Part shown: positions 9,983 through 19,766 of the stretch, one piece after another
Numbering within the stretch: the stretch's first letter is position 1
Layout: every line of letters begins with the position of its first letter
Assembly (NCBI GenBank): GCA_964478725.1
Contig: CAYZKS010000007.1
Location: 1 to 42,867 of the forward strand
DNA from: an uncultured Anaerolineales bacterium
Lineage (GTDB): Bacteria; Chloroflexota; Anaerolineae; UBA2200
DNA length: 42,867 nt
Direction of reading: 5' to 3'
Program-made: the position numbers and the translations under genes
The notes under the pieces: model-generated
Database searches by the model: none
What the model was told of the DNA's origin: nothing
The model's input: the letters and a program-made list of their open reading frames with translations, nothing else

Positions 9983-10382
9983 TGTGAATAACCACGCCCT
10001 AGCTGTGGATAACTGGTACAGTTCTGGGGATAACTCCTCACATTCTGTCCACATTTTTCCACTCAGCCCATCCTCACCATGCCAGACCAATGCTCAAGAC
10101 CTAGGTTGGCAGGCAAGATCAACACCAGAAATTGTGCTCGTCCTCCAAACGCTGCCCTTGCGAAGCTTCGCCAGTTATCCCGATATTATCCCCAATGGCG
10201 GTGGAGAGAGAACGCGCAGCCACTTCCAGACCAGCGTACCAATAGTGTATCCCGCATCAGCAGCCACCACTGTTGGTGGCAAATACCTGCCCGCCAACGC
10301 CCGACGACATCATCCCCTCTCTCCACATGCCCTACGACTACTACAACATAGATACATTTATATGTGTCATGAATATAGCATC
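9983..10382. other. Candidate oriC: DnaA-box cluster plus AT-rich unwinding element
   Basis: 9-mers matching TTATCCACA or its complement: TGTGAATAA 9983-9991, TGTGGATAA 10004-10012 (perfect), TGGGGATAA 10025-10033, CTGTCCACA 10045-10053, TTATCCCGA 10175-10183, TTATCCCCA 10186-10194. An AT-rich stretch (acatagatacatttatatgtgtcatgaatatagcat) sits at about 10345-10380 in otherwise GC-rich DNA. Confidence 0.55.
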
Positions 10383-11662
10383 TAGTGAGCGGGCTGCCGA
10401 GTTTTGGAGTGTTCTACCTTAACCAACAGAATAGTACCTACAATGTAGCATACGAAGGCGCTCAGAAAGAGCGCGGTATAGCCCACAAAGTCACGTATGG
10501 GCCCTCCGATCCCGGCAATCACTCCTGCGCCTGCTGTAGCGAGATTGGAGACTCCCAAATAGCGTGCGCTTTCTTGCCGGGGTATAAGGTCAGTAGCCAG
10601 TGCCCAGTTAGCGCTGAGAAACATGCCTGCAGACAGGCCAACTATGCCACCGAAGACCAGCACATCCGTGAGTGCGAAGCTTCCCAATGACAGTAGGCTG
10701 CGCCCACGCGCAAAGATCATGAGCAAAGCTCCAATGGCGCCCAGGATGCCGGAGATCAGCACCAGCAGCTTCTTGCTGACTCGGTCAGCGAGCACGCCGG
10801 TAGGCACAGCGGTCACAGCGATGGCGACAGCCAGGATGGCCAACAAGCTTCCTGTCATAGCGTTGGCTTGAGCCATCCTCTGCGCGAGTGGCACGCCAGG
10901 TTCGATAACCACGTCGGCGATGAAATACAGAGCATAGTTGCGCACCAGATTCATGCCTGTCACAATGAACAGGCGCGAGATTAGCATCCAGAAGTAGTCA
11001 GGATAGCCTCTCAGATCCACTCGGAAAGTGTTCAGGATCGTCTCTTTCAATGGCGCCGATTCCGATGCACGGAGTGGAGATTCGTGGATGCCCAGAACGG
11101 TGGCTACGCTAGTCACAGTCAAGACCGCCGCAATGATGGCAATGGCGAGCAGAGTGTGGCCATTGGCCATCAAGCTGGCTGTGACCAGCGAAGTGACAAT
11201 GATTCCCAGGATTTCAGCAAACTGCTTGGCTCCCGATGCAGCCCCACGGGACGCTTCGGGCACACGGTCCGGGATCAGTCCCTGGTACGGCCCATGAGCT
11301 ACATTCGAAGAGAACTGCAGTAGCAGGTAGGAGAGCAACAGGAACCAGTAGTTGCGAGACAATCCGATTCCCAGCAAGAAGACCAGGTCCAACAGGGTAC
11401 CAACGAGAATGAATGGACGGCGTCTGCCGTAGCGTGAAGTGCTGCGATCGCTGACAAAGCCGGCGATGGGTTGTACTATGATGGCTACAACCAAACCTGC
11501 TGAGCTGAGCAGGCCCAATGCCGACCCCTTCACCGGTTCCGCTACCAGCGGCGGGCCGATCAGGTTGGGCAAGATGATTGGCCCCATGCTGTTCCAGAGG
11601 TAAGAAATCGCGAACCAATAAACGCTCAAGACAACATAGTCAACGAGGCGAGTCTTTCTCAT
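10382..11662 (-). CDS. MFS transporter
   Basis: Internal ATG 11662 (MRKTRLVDYVVLSVYWF...) is preceded by AGGAGG (rc of 11668-11673). About 12 hydrophobic segments and an MFS-like loop (DRSTSRYGRRRPF). The 70-codon upstream extension in the track has no RBS. Confidence 0.8.
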   Translation of the reverse strand: MRKTRLVDYVVLSVYWFAISYLWNSMGPIILPNLIGPPLVAEPVKGSALGLLSSAGLVVAIIVQPIAGFVSDRSTSRYGRRRPFILVGTLLDLVFLLGIGLSRNYWFLLLSYLLLQFSSNVAHGPYQGLIPDRVPEASRGAASGAKQFAEILGIIVTSLVTASLMANGHTLLAIAIIAAVLTVTSVATVLGIHESPLRASESAPLKETILNTFRVDLRGYPDYFWMLISRLFIVTGMNLVRNYALYFIADVVIEPGVPLAQRMAQANAMTGSLLAILAVAIAVTAVPTGVLADRVSKKLLVLISGILGAIGALLMIFARGRSLLSLGSFALTDVLVFGGIVGLSAGMFLSANWALATDLIPRQESARYLGVSNLATAGAGVIAGIGGPIRDFVGYTALFLSAFVCYIVGTILLVKVEHSKTRQPAH

Positions 11663-11826
11663 GCTAACCTCCTCGATGCTGTGTTCATGCTCGGGCCAAT
11701 TTGTGACCACCTGTGATAAGGTCTGATTATACCGAGGTGTTGAGATATCCCATAAGAACTTGTTGTGTGACAGCGCAGACCTGTGGTAAGATTGCCCTTG
11801 GCAAGCCATTCCTGCGGAGATGAAGC

Positions 11827-12555
11827 GTGCGTTGTCTGGTTCTTTCCGATATCCACAGCAACTTGGTCGCATTTGATGCGGTACTTGCTGACGCTACGGC
11901 CTTTGACGTGGTTTGGTGTCTTGGAGACGTCATCGGGTACGGCCCGCAGCCGAACGAGTGCATCGAGAGGCTGAAAGGCCTTCCCCATGTCTGCGTCGCG
12001 GGCAATCACGATTGGGCCTCCATTGACCGTTTGGACGTGTCAGACTTTAACCCGGACGCGTCGCGGGCCTGTATGTGGACAAGGGAGCAGTTGACTGGCG
12101 ATAACTTGGCCTATGTTCAGAGTTTGCCGGAAAGGATTGTCCGGAACGATTTCACTCTGGTTCATGGGAGCCCTCGTCACCCTATCTGGGAATACATCGG
12201 CCACTCCTCTGTGGCGGCGGAGAACCTGGCCTATTTCGATACCGAGGGCTGCCTGTTTGGTCACACACACATGCCGGCGGGCTACGTGTCGCGCAGGCGC
12301 GGCGCTGGCGTGGAGGAGTTTGCTCTGCCCCTCCACACATCCGCACCTTTGCCGAAAGGGCGCTTGCTGATCAATCCGGGTGGCGTTGGCCAACCGCGCG
12401 ATGGCGACCCGCGCGCCAGCTACATACTTCTCGACCTCGAGCAGCACACGCTACAACTGCATCGCGTCGAGTACGCCATCGAGAAAACGCAGAATCTGAT
12501 GATCGCTGCCGGACTTCCGCCAAGGCTAGTAGTCCGCTTGGCGTATGGCTGGTGA
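11827..12555 (+). CDS. Metallophosphoesterase family protein (YfcE/MJ0936-like)
   Basis: GTG start. Motifs present: LSDIHSN, GDVIGYGPQP, GNHD, GHTH. Confidence 0.8.
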   Translation: MRCLVLSDIHSNLVAFDAVLADATAFDVVWCLGDVIGYGPQPNECIERLKGLPHVCVAGNHDWASIDRLDVSDFNPDASRACMWTREQLTGDNLAYVQSLPERIVRNDFTLVHGSPRHPIWEYIGHSSVAAENLAYFDTEGCLFGHTHMPAGYVSRRRGAGVEEFALPLHTSAPLPKGRLLINPGGVGQPRDGDPRASYILLDLEQHTLQLHRVEYAIEKTQNLMIAAGLPPRLVVRLAYGW

Positions 12556-12646
12556 TGCATCCCAGGGAACGATGCAAAGCGCTGGAACTACACGGGTGCC
12601 CAAGGCGTCTGGATAGCGAGAAGGTCTTCAGAGAAGGGAGTTTGCC

Positions 12647-13534
12647 ATGTTGAGGAAGAGACGCTGGTTTGTGGGCATTGCTTTGTTGCTCTGTTTCGCA
12701 GTAGTGGCCTGCGCATCGCCTGCGGCAGCACCCACGCCTGCACCCGCGAAGGAGGCATACGGAGGAGTTGCGCCGGCCTCACCCGGGGCCGGAGAGTCTG
12801 AACGGAATGTGTCTGAAGGTGACACAGGCAAGGGTGACGTTGAGCGCATGATCGTGCGTACTGCGCAACTCTCGCTGCTGGTCAAGGACTCTGAGGTGAG
12901 TCTTGGACAGATCAAGGCGATCGTGCAAGAGCTCAAAGGGTATGTGGTAGATACCAGCATGTGGCGCCAGGAAGATCAACTGCGCGGGACGGTCACAGTG
13001 CGGGTTCCGGCGGAAACCCTGGATGAGGCCTTGAGCCGCTTCAAGGCCCTGGCTGTCAAGGTGGAGAGCGAGAGAGGCAGTAGCCAAGACGTCACAGAGG
13101 AGTATTCTGATCTCGGGGCACAACTGCGCAACCTGGAGGCGACAGAGGCGGAGCTGCTCGAATTGTTGAAGACAGTGCGTGAGAGGACCGGCAAGGCCGA
13201 GGAGATTCTGGCGGTGCACCGCGAGCTCACCAGCATTCGTGGTCAGATTGAGCAGCTCAAGGGCCGGATGCAGTACCTCGAGCGCACGGCGGCCATGTCC
13301 GCAGTGACGATCGAACTGATTCCAGATGTCCTGGCCAAGCCCATTTCCGGCGGAGGCTGGCGGCCTGGCGAATCGGTGGCCGCGGCACTGCGGGCTTTGC
13401 TGAATACGCTGCGGTTTTTGGTGGAAGCCGGCATCTGGCTCGCGATCTACGTTCTGCCTGTACTGGTCGTGCTTGCAATTCCGGTGATTGTAATCTGGTA
13501 TCTCGTACGGCGCAGGCGCAAGGCCAAGTCATAA
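12647..13534 (+). CDS. DUF4349-like lipoprotein with C-terminal membrane anchor
   Basis: Lipobox (FAVVAC), a coiled-coil-rich central part and a C-terminal TM (IWLAIYVLPVLVVLAIPVIVIWYLV) followed by RRRRKAK. RBS GAAGGGAG lies upstream of the ATG. Confidence 0.6.
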   Translation: MLRKRRWFVGIALLLCFAVVACASPAAAPTPAPAKEAYGGVAPASPGAGESERNVSEGDTGKGDVERMIVRTAQLSLLVKDSEVSLGQIKAIVQELKGYVVDTSMWRQEDQLRGTVTVRVPAETLDEALSRFKALAVKVESERGSSQDVTEEYSDLGAQLRNLEATEAELLELLKTVRERTGKAEEILAVHRELTSIRGQIEQLKGRMQYLERTAAMSAVTIELIPDVLAKPISGGGWRPGESVAAALRALLNTLRFLVEAGIWLAIYVLPVLVVLAIPVIVIWYLVRRRRKAKS

Positions 13535-13546
13535 TTTGGAAAAGAC

Positions 13547-13583
13547 AAAGGGGAGTTGCCAGAAGCGACTCCCCTTTCTTTTT
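13547..13583. terminator. Bidirectional intrinsic terminator between convergent genes
   Basis: AAAGGGGAGT (13547-13556) pairs with ACTCCCCTTT (13568-13577) and is followed by a T-run. A-rich sequence on the 5' side would serve the opposite strand. Confidence 0.6.
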
Positions 13584-13601
13584 GGACGCAAGCATTCACA
13601 A

Positions 13602-14558
13602 CTAGTCTTTCTCTTCTCTCACATAGGGCACGCCCAGCGCAGCAGGCGCGCCCACTCTTTTTCCAAACGCTTCCCACCACGTGATGATAACCAGGATCAC
13701 AATGGTGAAGGCAAACGGCAACATGTGCAGGAAGGCGGATGGGATGGTCGTACCGGCCGCTTGCATGCGCAACTGTGCTGCGTTGATGCCTCCGAAGAGA
13801 ATCGCTCCGAACCAAGCCCGCCAGGGATCCCAGGTGGCAAAAATGACCATGGCCACCGCGATCCAGCCTCTTCCTCCAGTCAAGTTCTCGGTCCAGCCGG
13901 GAGTGTAAGCCAAGGAAAGATGCGCACCACCCAGCCCGACCAACATGCCTCCGAGGATGGTGTACAAATAGCGAATGCGGCTGACGTGCAAGCCCATCGC
14001 GTCTGCCGTGCGTGGGTTTTCGCCCACGGCGCGCAAGTACAGCCCGGGACGAGTCCTGTAGAGGAAGAACCATGCCGCAGGCACGAGCAGGTACGTGGCG
14101 TAGACCAATACATCCTGCTGAAACAATGCACGCCCCAGCAAGGGTAGGCTTCCAAGGACGGGAAGGGTAATGCGTTCAAACCGCGGGCCGATCAAGCCCA
14201 CCAGTGGCGCTGCCTGGGGGCCCAAACGTTGTCCCAGAAAACTGGCCAGGCCGCTGGCAAATATCGTGAGGGCAAGACCGGTCACGGTCTGGTTGGAGCG
14301 CAGAGTAATGGTTAAGAAGGCGTGCAGCAGGCCCATCAGGCCACCCACGGCGATGGCACTCGCCAGGCCGACGGCGACGCTCTTGCTATGGAAGGCAGCG
14401 GCAAAACCACTGACTGCTGAGAGCAGCATCATGCCTTCAAGTCCCAGGTTCAGAACTCCCGATCGCTCCGTGAATATCTCGCCCAGGGTAGCATAGAGGA
14501 GTGACGTGCCAGCGCGAATGGTCACTGCCAGCAGCGAGATGAGCAGCGTAGCGTTCAT
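13602..14558 (-). CDS. ABC transporter permease (BMP/nucleoside-type, NupQ-like)
   Basis: ATG 14558 overlaps the stop of the upstream permease (ATGA). Polytopic membrane protein of the sugar/nucleoside ABC permease type. Confidence 0.85.
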   Translation of the reverse strand: MNATLLISLLAVTIRAGTSLLYATLGEIFTERSGVLNLGLEGMMLLSAVSGFAAAFHSKSVAVGLASAIAVGGLMGLLHAFLTITLRSNQTVTGLALTIFASGLASFLGQRLGPQAAPLVGLIGPRFERITLPVLGSLPLLGRALFQQDVLVYATYLLVPAAWFFLYRTRPGLYLRAVGENPRTADAMGLHVSRIRYLYTILGGMLVGLGGAHLSLAYTPGWTENLTGGRGWIAVAMVIFATWDPWRAWFGAILFGGINAAQLRMQAAGTTIPSAFLHMLPFAFTIVILVIITWWEAFGKRVGAPAALGVPYVREEKD

Positions 14559-15751
14559 GCCGAATCCTCCTGGCCCGGCGATCCTGCACAAGAGGGCGTG
14601 ACGGCACTGTCCTCGCCGGCGGAAGAAGCCGATGGGTAGACATCTCGACTCAGCACCACCCGATGGCTTTTGAACAGCTCTCCTCCTAGCATGAAGAAGA
14701 GCACTGCACCTTGCAGTATGAGGGCCACCGAGGCAGGGAGTTTCATGGTGATCTGGATCTGGTCGCCTCCTACCAGCAAACCTCCCAGCAGGAATGCCAC
14801 GAGCAGCACGGCCCAGGGATTGAGTTGCGCAAGCCAGGCAACGATGATTGCGGTGAAACCATAGCCCACGGTCAACCCTTTGGTCAGGCGATGTGCGATG
14901 CCTGTGACTTCAGCCATTCCAGCGAGGCCGGCCAGCCCACCGCTCAATGCCATGATGAGCAGTGTATTGAGTCCCAGGCTGACGCCAGCGTAGGCAGCCG
15001 CACGCGGGTTCTCACCGATGAGGCGAACTTCGTACCCCCACTTGGTGCGTGCAAGCGCGAACCATATGAACGCCGCCGCCAGAACAGCAAACAACAACCC
15101 TAGGTGCACGCGAGTTCCCGGGAGACGGGGAAGCCACGCGGTTGGGGCGAACTCGGCGGTGCCAGGAAATCCATATCCCTTCGGATCCTTCCAAGGGCCG
15201 TAAAAGAGGTATTCGACCAGCAAGATGGCAATATAGTTCAGCATGAGGGTGACGATGATCTCGTTTACCCGCAGGTACGCTTTGAGCAAAGCCGGAATTA
15301 GTCCCCACAGCGCTCCCGCGGTTATGCCGGCAAGACCGATCAGCACAAGCAGCAGCCAGCCGGAGATGTGCGGGGATCGAGTTGGCAGATACAACGCCAC
15401 ACCGGCAGCCGCGATACCTCCCATAGCAAGCTGCCCCTCCGCTCCGATGTTCCAGAATCGCATGCGAAAAGCGGTCGATACTGCCAGGCCACACAGCATC
15501 AGAGGAATGGCCTTCACCAGAGTCTCGGCCAGGCTATAGCGGCTGCCGAGGGCGCCGGTAAGCATGGCCTGATAAGTGCGCAAGGGGTCCACTCGCACGG
15601 CCCTGAGCAGGATCGCGCCGATCAACAGCGCCAGCAACAAAGAGATAGCGGGCGTGCCGAAGGACAAGATGCCAGAGGGGGCAACCCGTTTCTCTAGACG
15701 GATGCGCACCCGAGCACTTCCATTCAACCTTGGGCTGGCGCGCAGCGCCAT
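14555..15751 (-). CDS. ABC transporter permease (NupP-like)
   Basis: Polytopic permease. The start is uncertain: ATG 15751 overlaps the ATPase gene by 28 nt, and an alternative GTG at 15709 has GGAAG upstream. Confidence 0.8.
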   Translation of the reverse strand: MALRASPRLNGSARVRIRLEKRVAPSGILSFGTPAISLLLALLIGAILLRAVRVDPLRTYQAMLTGALGSRYSLAETLVKAIPLMLCGLAVSTAFRMRFWNIGAEGQLAMGGIAAAGVALYLPTRSPHISGWLLLVLIGLAGITAGALWGLIPALLKAYLRVNEIIVTLMLNYIAILLVEYLFYGPWKDPKGYGFPGTAEFAPTAWLPRLPGTRVHLGLLFAVLAAAFIWFALARTKWGYEVRLIGENPRAAAYAGVSLGLNTLLIMALSGGLAGLAGMAEVTGIAHRLTKGLTVGYGFTAIIVAWLAQLNPWAVLLVAFLLGGLLVGGDQIQITMKLPASVALILQGAVLFFMLGGELFKSHRVVLSRDVYPSASSAGEDSAVTPSCAGSPGQEDSA

Positions 15752-17253
15752 GCCCCGGCCATCATCAGGCCGAGTTTGTCGATATCAGCCGAATCTGCAG
15801 GCAATACGCCCATGATCTCCCCCTCGTACAGCACAGCGATACGATCGCTGAGGGCAAGGACCTCATCCAAATCCTCGGAAATGAGCAGGATGGCTGAACC
15901 CCTATTCCTTTGCTCCAGCAGCATCTTGTGTACGGACTGTGTGGCACCGACGTCCAGTCCTCTGGTGGGATGCATTGCCACCAGCACCTCGGGCAGCGCC
16001 GCCATTTCGCGCGCTAGAACCGTGCGCTGCAGGTTTCCCCCCGAAAGCAGCTTGACGGGCGTGTCCGCGCTGGGCGTGATGATTCCGAACTGCCGCAAGA
16101 GATTGCTCACGAAACGGCGAATCGGACCGGCGTTGAGAAAAGGGCCGCTGCAAAAAGCTGGCTGCCTGTACGCCTTCATGATGAGGTTGTCACTTACAGC
16201 GAGATTGGCAGCCAGGCCCGTGCCCAGACGGTCTTCAGGCACGTGACCCACCCCTCGCTCGATGACGCGGCGGGGACTGCAATTTGTCAACTCCTGGTTG
16301 CCGATGCGGATGTGACCTGCGGTGACTCGCCGCAGACCAGTAATGGCTTCAGCCAGCTCACGTTGTCCATTGCCGGCCACGCCGGCCACGCCGAGTATTT
16401 CACCCTCACACACGCGCAGCGACACGCCTTTGAGCGCTGGCAGTCTCCTCTCGTTGTAGACCCGCAAGCCCTCAATCTCCAGCACTGGCGGCCCTGGTTT
16501 CCCCTCAGGCTTCTCAACCCGAGGAACGGGGTGACCTAACATCATGCGCGCAAGAGACTCCTTGTCAGTCTCGCAGGTGCGCAGGGTGCAGACCACGCGA
16601 CCACCACGCAGAACGGTGATGCGATCTGAGACAGACATGACTTCATCGAGCTTGTGCGTGATAAAGATCACAGCATGCCCTTCGTCTGCGATGCGCCGAA
16701 GAACGGTGACCAGTTCTCGCGTTTCCTGGGGGGTTAGCACGGCAGTTGGCTCATCCAGAATCAGGATGTCAGCGCCGCGGTAGAGCATCTTGAGAATCTC
16801 CACACGTTGCTGCTCGCCCACCGAGAGTTGCCAGATGCGTGCATCTGGGTCCACCTGGAGGCCGTAACGTTGCCCAAGCTCTGCGATACGACGCTTGGTC
16901 GTTTCCAGATTGAGCAGAAAGTGCGACTCATCCAGTCCAAGAGTGACATTCTCCGCGACGGTTTGCACCTCGACCAGCATGAAATGCTGGTGTACCATAC
17001 CAATGCCATGGCGGATCGCATCGAACGGAGATCCCGGGCGCACCTTCTGGCCGTGAATCAGCACCTCACCCTCGTCGGCAGTGTAGATGCCAAACAGAAT
17101 GTTCATCAAGGTACTCTTGCCTGCTCCGTTCTCTCCGAGCAGAGCGTGAATCTCTCCCGCGTAGGCTGCGAAGTCGATGTGATCGTTGGATACGACGCCT
17201 GGGAAGCGCTTCGTGATGCCAATCATGTGCACGGCTGGAACTTGGGCGGCCAT
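15724..17253 (-). CDS. ABC transporter ATP-binding protein with duplicated ATPase domains (NupO/RbsA-like)
   Basis: Walker A GENGAGKST, signature LSVGEQQR, Walker B ILILDEPT, and a second degenerate NBD (LSGGNLQR, ILLISEDLDE). Confidence 0.9.
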   Translation of the reverse strand: MAAQVPAVHMIGITKRFPGVVSNDHIDFAAYAGEIHALLGENGAGKSTLMNILFGIYTADEGEVLIHGQKVRPGSPFDAIRHGIGMVHQHFMLVEVQTVAENVTLGLDESHFLLNLETTKRRIAELGQRYGLQVDPDARIWQLSVGEQQRVEILKMLYRGADILILDEPTAVLTPQETRELVTVLRRIADEGHAVIFITHKLDEVMSVSDRITVLRGGRVVCTLRTCETDKESLARMMLGHPVPRVEKPEGKPGPPVLEIEGLRVYNERRLPALKGVSLRVCEGEILGVAGVAGNGQRELAEAITGLRRVTAGHIRIGNQELTNCSPRRVIERGVGHVPEDRLGTGLAANLAVSDNLIMKAYRQPAFCSGPFLNAGPIRRFVSNLLRQFGIITPSADTPVKLLSGGNLQRTVLAREMAALPEVLVAMHPTRGLDVGATQSVHKMLLEQRNRGSAILLISEDLDEVLALSDRIAVLYEGEIMGVLPADSADIDKLGLMMAGAWRCAPAQG

Positions 17254-17327
17254 AGCACCTCTGGAATGGTAAGCATAGAACGGGGTCTGGAGCGCTCACG
17301 TCAGGCGCTCCAGACCCTAAGGCAAAG

Positions 17328-19541
17328 CTACTGCGGGATGGCGCCCACAATGCCCTCGACCAGCCAATCAAAGGCCAGCTTGTCTGGGTCGGACATGGTC
17401 ACGCCCTTGCCAATGCGCTCCTTGCCGCTGTTGTCTTTGATGGGACCCACAAAGACGTCGAATGTGCCTGCAACGATTTCTTTCTGTTTGCTCTCAACAA
17501 GGCTCTTGACTTCGTCCGGTACCATTGGACCGAAGGGAGCTAGCTTGATGATCCCGTCTGCCATGCTGCCCCAGTAAGGGCTGTTGTTCCAGGTTCCAGC
17601 TTGGACAGCCTGCATGATTTGGGTATAGTACAGGCCCCAGTCCCAGATGGGAGCCGTGAGTACAGCCTTGGGGGCAAGCTGTCGCGAATCTGAGTTGTAG
17701 CCGATAGCGTACACGCCCGCCTGCTCGCAAAGCTTGTCCGGCTCTGCAGAGTCGCTTTCACGGGCTACCACGTCGGCGCCCTGGTCGATCAGGGCTTGTG
17801 CGGCTTCGCGTTCTTTGGTCGGATCGAACCATGCGTTGATCCATACAATGTGCAGTTGGGCGTTGGGATTCACCGAACGGGCTCCCAGGGTAAAAGCGTT
17901 CATGTTGCGCACTACTTCGGGTATGGGGTACGGGGCGACATAGCCCAGCATATTCTTCTTCGTCATCTTGCCAGCCACGATGCCTGCCAGGTACCAGCCC
18001 TGGTAGCCACGGCCGTCATAGATGCCCACATTCGCAGCCGTCTGGTAGCCAGTGCAGTGTTCAAAGATGACGTTGGGGAACTCTTTGGCGACCGCCAGCA
18101 CCGAGTCCATGTAGCCGAAACTGGTGGCGAAGATGACGTCGGTACCCTTGTTGGCAAGATCTCTCAGAACCCGCTCTGCGTCGGGCCCTTCAGGTACTGA
18201 CTCCACAATGCTGGTCTCGACAGTCGGCAGCTGCTGGGCCATGCTCTGGCGGCCCTGGTCGTGCGCGTAACTCCAACCCATGTCGCCTACAGGCCCGATG
18301 TAGATGAATGCCGCTTTGAGGGCTGCTCCTGCCTGGGAAGCAGGGGTAGGCACCGGCCCCGGTGCCGTCCCAACGACGCCCTCGACGAACCAGGTCATAT
18401 TGGAGAGTAGGTCATCTGCGCTGAGCACCTGGCCAGGCGCGACGGCCAGTTTGCCATCCTGATCGTTGATGGGACCACTGAAGATGGTAAAGATGTCTTT
18501 CTTGCCGCTCTTGAAATCAGCGATCTCGGCCTCAGCCATCTTCTTCACATCGTCGGGTACCATCGAACCGATGGGCGCCATGTCTACGACGCCGTCCTTC
18601 CAACCACCCCAGAAGGACTCGGTCTGGTATGTGCCCTGCATGACCCGCTGGATGATGTCCACGTACTTGATGCCCCAGTTCCACACCGGGCTGGTGAGGA
18701 CTGCTTTGGGGGCCTGCTTGCTCATGTCCGAGTCGTAGCCGACCCCATACTTGCCGCGCTCTTCGGCTGCCTTCTGTGGCTCCGGGGTGTCCTGATGCTG
18801 TGCGATCACATCACAGTCCTGATCCAGCAGAGCCTCTGCGGCCTCCTTCTCCTTGACGGGGTCGTACCAGGTGTTCGTCCAGACCACCGTGACTGTGGCT
18901 TCGGGATTGGACTTGCGCACACCCAGCGTGAAGGAGTTGATGCCGCGGACTACCTCTGGGATTGGGAAGGCTGCCACATAGCCCAGCTTGTTGGTTTTGG
19001 TCATCTTCCCGGCGATGAGGCCTGATACGTAGCGCGGCTCCTCGATCTTGCCGAAAATCGTGCTCAGGTTGTCGGCGGTCTTGTAGCCCGAGACGTGTAC
19101 GAACCAGGTCTTGGGAAACTCTTGGGCGACGGTAGCCGTCGGGTCCATGAACCCGAAGCTGGTGGTGATAATCAGGTCATAGCCCTTTTGCGCAAAGTCC
19201 CGAATGACGCGTTCGGCGTCCGGCCCTTCTGGCACGTTCTCGATGTAGGCCGTCTCAACTTGGTCACCGAGCTCCTTTTCTACCGCAAGCCGGCCCTGAT
19301 CGTGTGCCCACGTCCAGCCCATGTCGCCAATGGGAGCCACATAGACAAAGGCTACCCGGAACTTGGTTGCGGGTTTCGGGGCCGTTGGCATGGCTGTAGG
19401 GGGCACTGAGGTTGGCTTTGCTTCTGTGGGTCTAGGCATCGAGGTTGGTGTGGGGGCGGCCTTGGGTGCACAGGCCGACAGGATTAACGCTACCATCAGA
19501 AGAATCCCCGCGATTCTCCGTGATTGTGTGCTCTTCAACAT
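17328..19541 (-). CDS. BMP-family (PnrA/Med/NupN-like) ABC substrate-binding lipoprotein, tandem duplicated
   Basis: ATG 19541 (MLKSTQSRRIAGILLMVALILSAC, lipobox) with GAGGAGGAG upstream. Two roughly 330-aa BMP modules are present: FRVAFVYVAPIGDMGWTWAHDQGR... and LKAAFIYIGPVGDMGWSYAHDQGR... Module 2 spans 17331-18320. Confidence 0.85.
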   Translation of the reverse strand: MLKSTQSRRIAGILLMVALILSACAPKAAPTPTSMPRPTEAKPTSVPPTAMPTAPKPATKFRVAFVYVAPIGDMGWTWAHDQGRLAVEKELGDQVETAYIENVPEGPDAERVIRDFAQKGYDLIITTSFGFMDPTATVAQEFPKTWFVHVSGYKTADNLSTIFGKIEEPRYVSGLIAGKMTKTNKLGYVAAFPIPEVVRGINSFTLGVRKSNPEATVTVVWTNTWYDPVKEKEAAEALLDQDCDVIAQHQDTPEPQKAAEERGKYGVGYDSDMSKQAPKAVLTSPVWNWGIKYVDIIQRVMQGTYQTESFWGGWKDGVVDMAPIGSMVPDDVKKMAEAEIADFKSGKKDIFTIFSGPINDQDGKLAVAPGQVLSADDLLSNMTWFVEGVVGTAPGPVPTPASQAGAALKAAFIYIGPVGDMGWSYAHDQGRQSMAQQLPTVETSIVESVPEGPDAERVLRDLANKGTDVIFATSFGYMDSVLAVAKEFPNVIFEHCTGYQTAANVGIYDGRGYQGWYLAGIVAGKMTKKNMLGYVAPYPIPEVVRNMNAFTLGARSVNPNAQLHIVWINAWFDPTKEREAAQALIDQGADVVARESDSAEPDKLCEQAGVYAIGYNSDSRQLAPKAVLTAPIWDWGLYYTQIMQAVQAGTWNNSPYWGSMADGIIKLAPFGPMVPDEVKSLVESKQKEIVAGTFDVFVGPIKDNSGKERIGKGVTMSDPDKLAFDWLVEGIVGAIPQ

Positions 19542-19719
19542 GCTGCTCCTCCTCAGAGTGATTGATCTCGCCCAATGGCGATCTGCAGTAGCGGAAAAGC
19601 AACGTGCAAACAACCACCACCTTTCATCCCGTGAAGTGGGTGCGGCCTGGATGAATATGGGTGCGGCGAAGAGCGTCTCTGGCTCGTGCACGGTTAGACA
19701 GCGCCCATCGGACTCTGAC

Positions 19720-19766
19720 AGAAAAAGTCGCAGAGCCATCCCCTCTGCAAGGGGCAACCCTGCGAC
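19720..19766 (-). terminator. Intrinsic-terminator-like hairpin inside the 5' leader of the BMP ABC operon
   Basis: On the minus strand, GUCGCAG...(CCCCU/AGGGG inner stem)...CUGCGAC (19766->19727) is followed by UUUUU (19726-19722). It lies about 155-200 nt downstream of the predicted TSS and about 180 nt upstream of the start codon. Confidence 0.45.
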
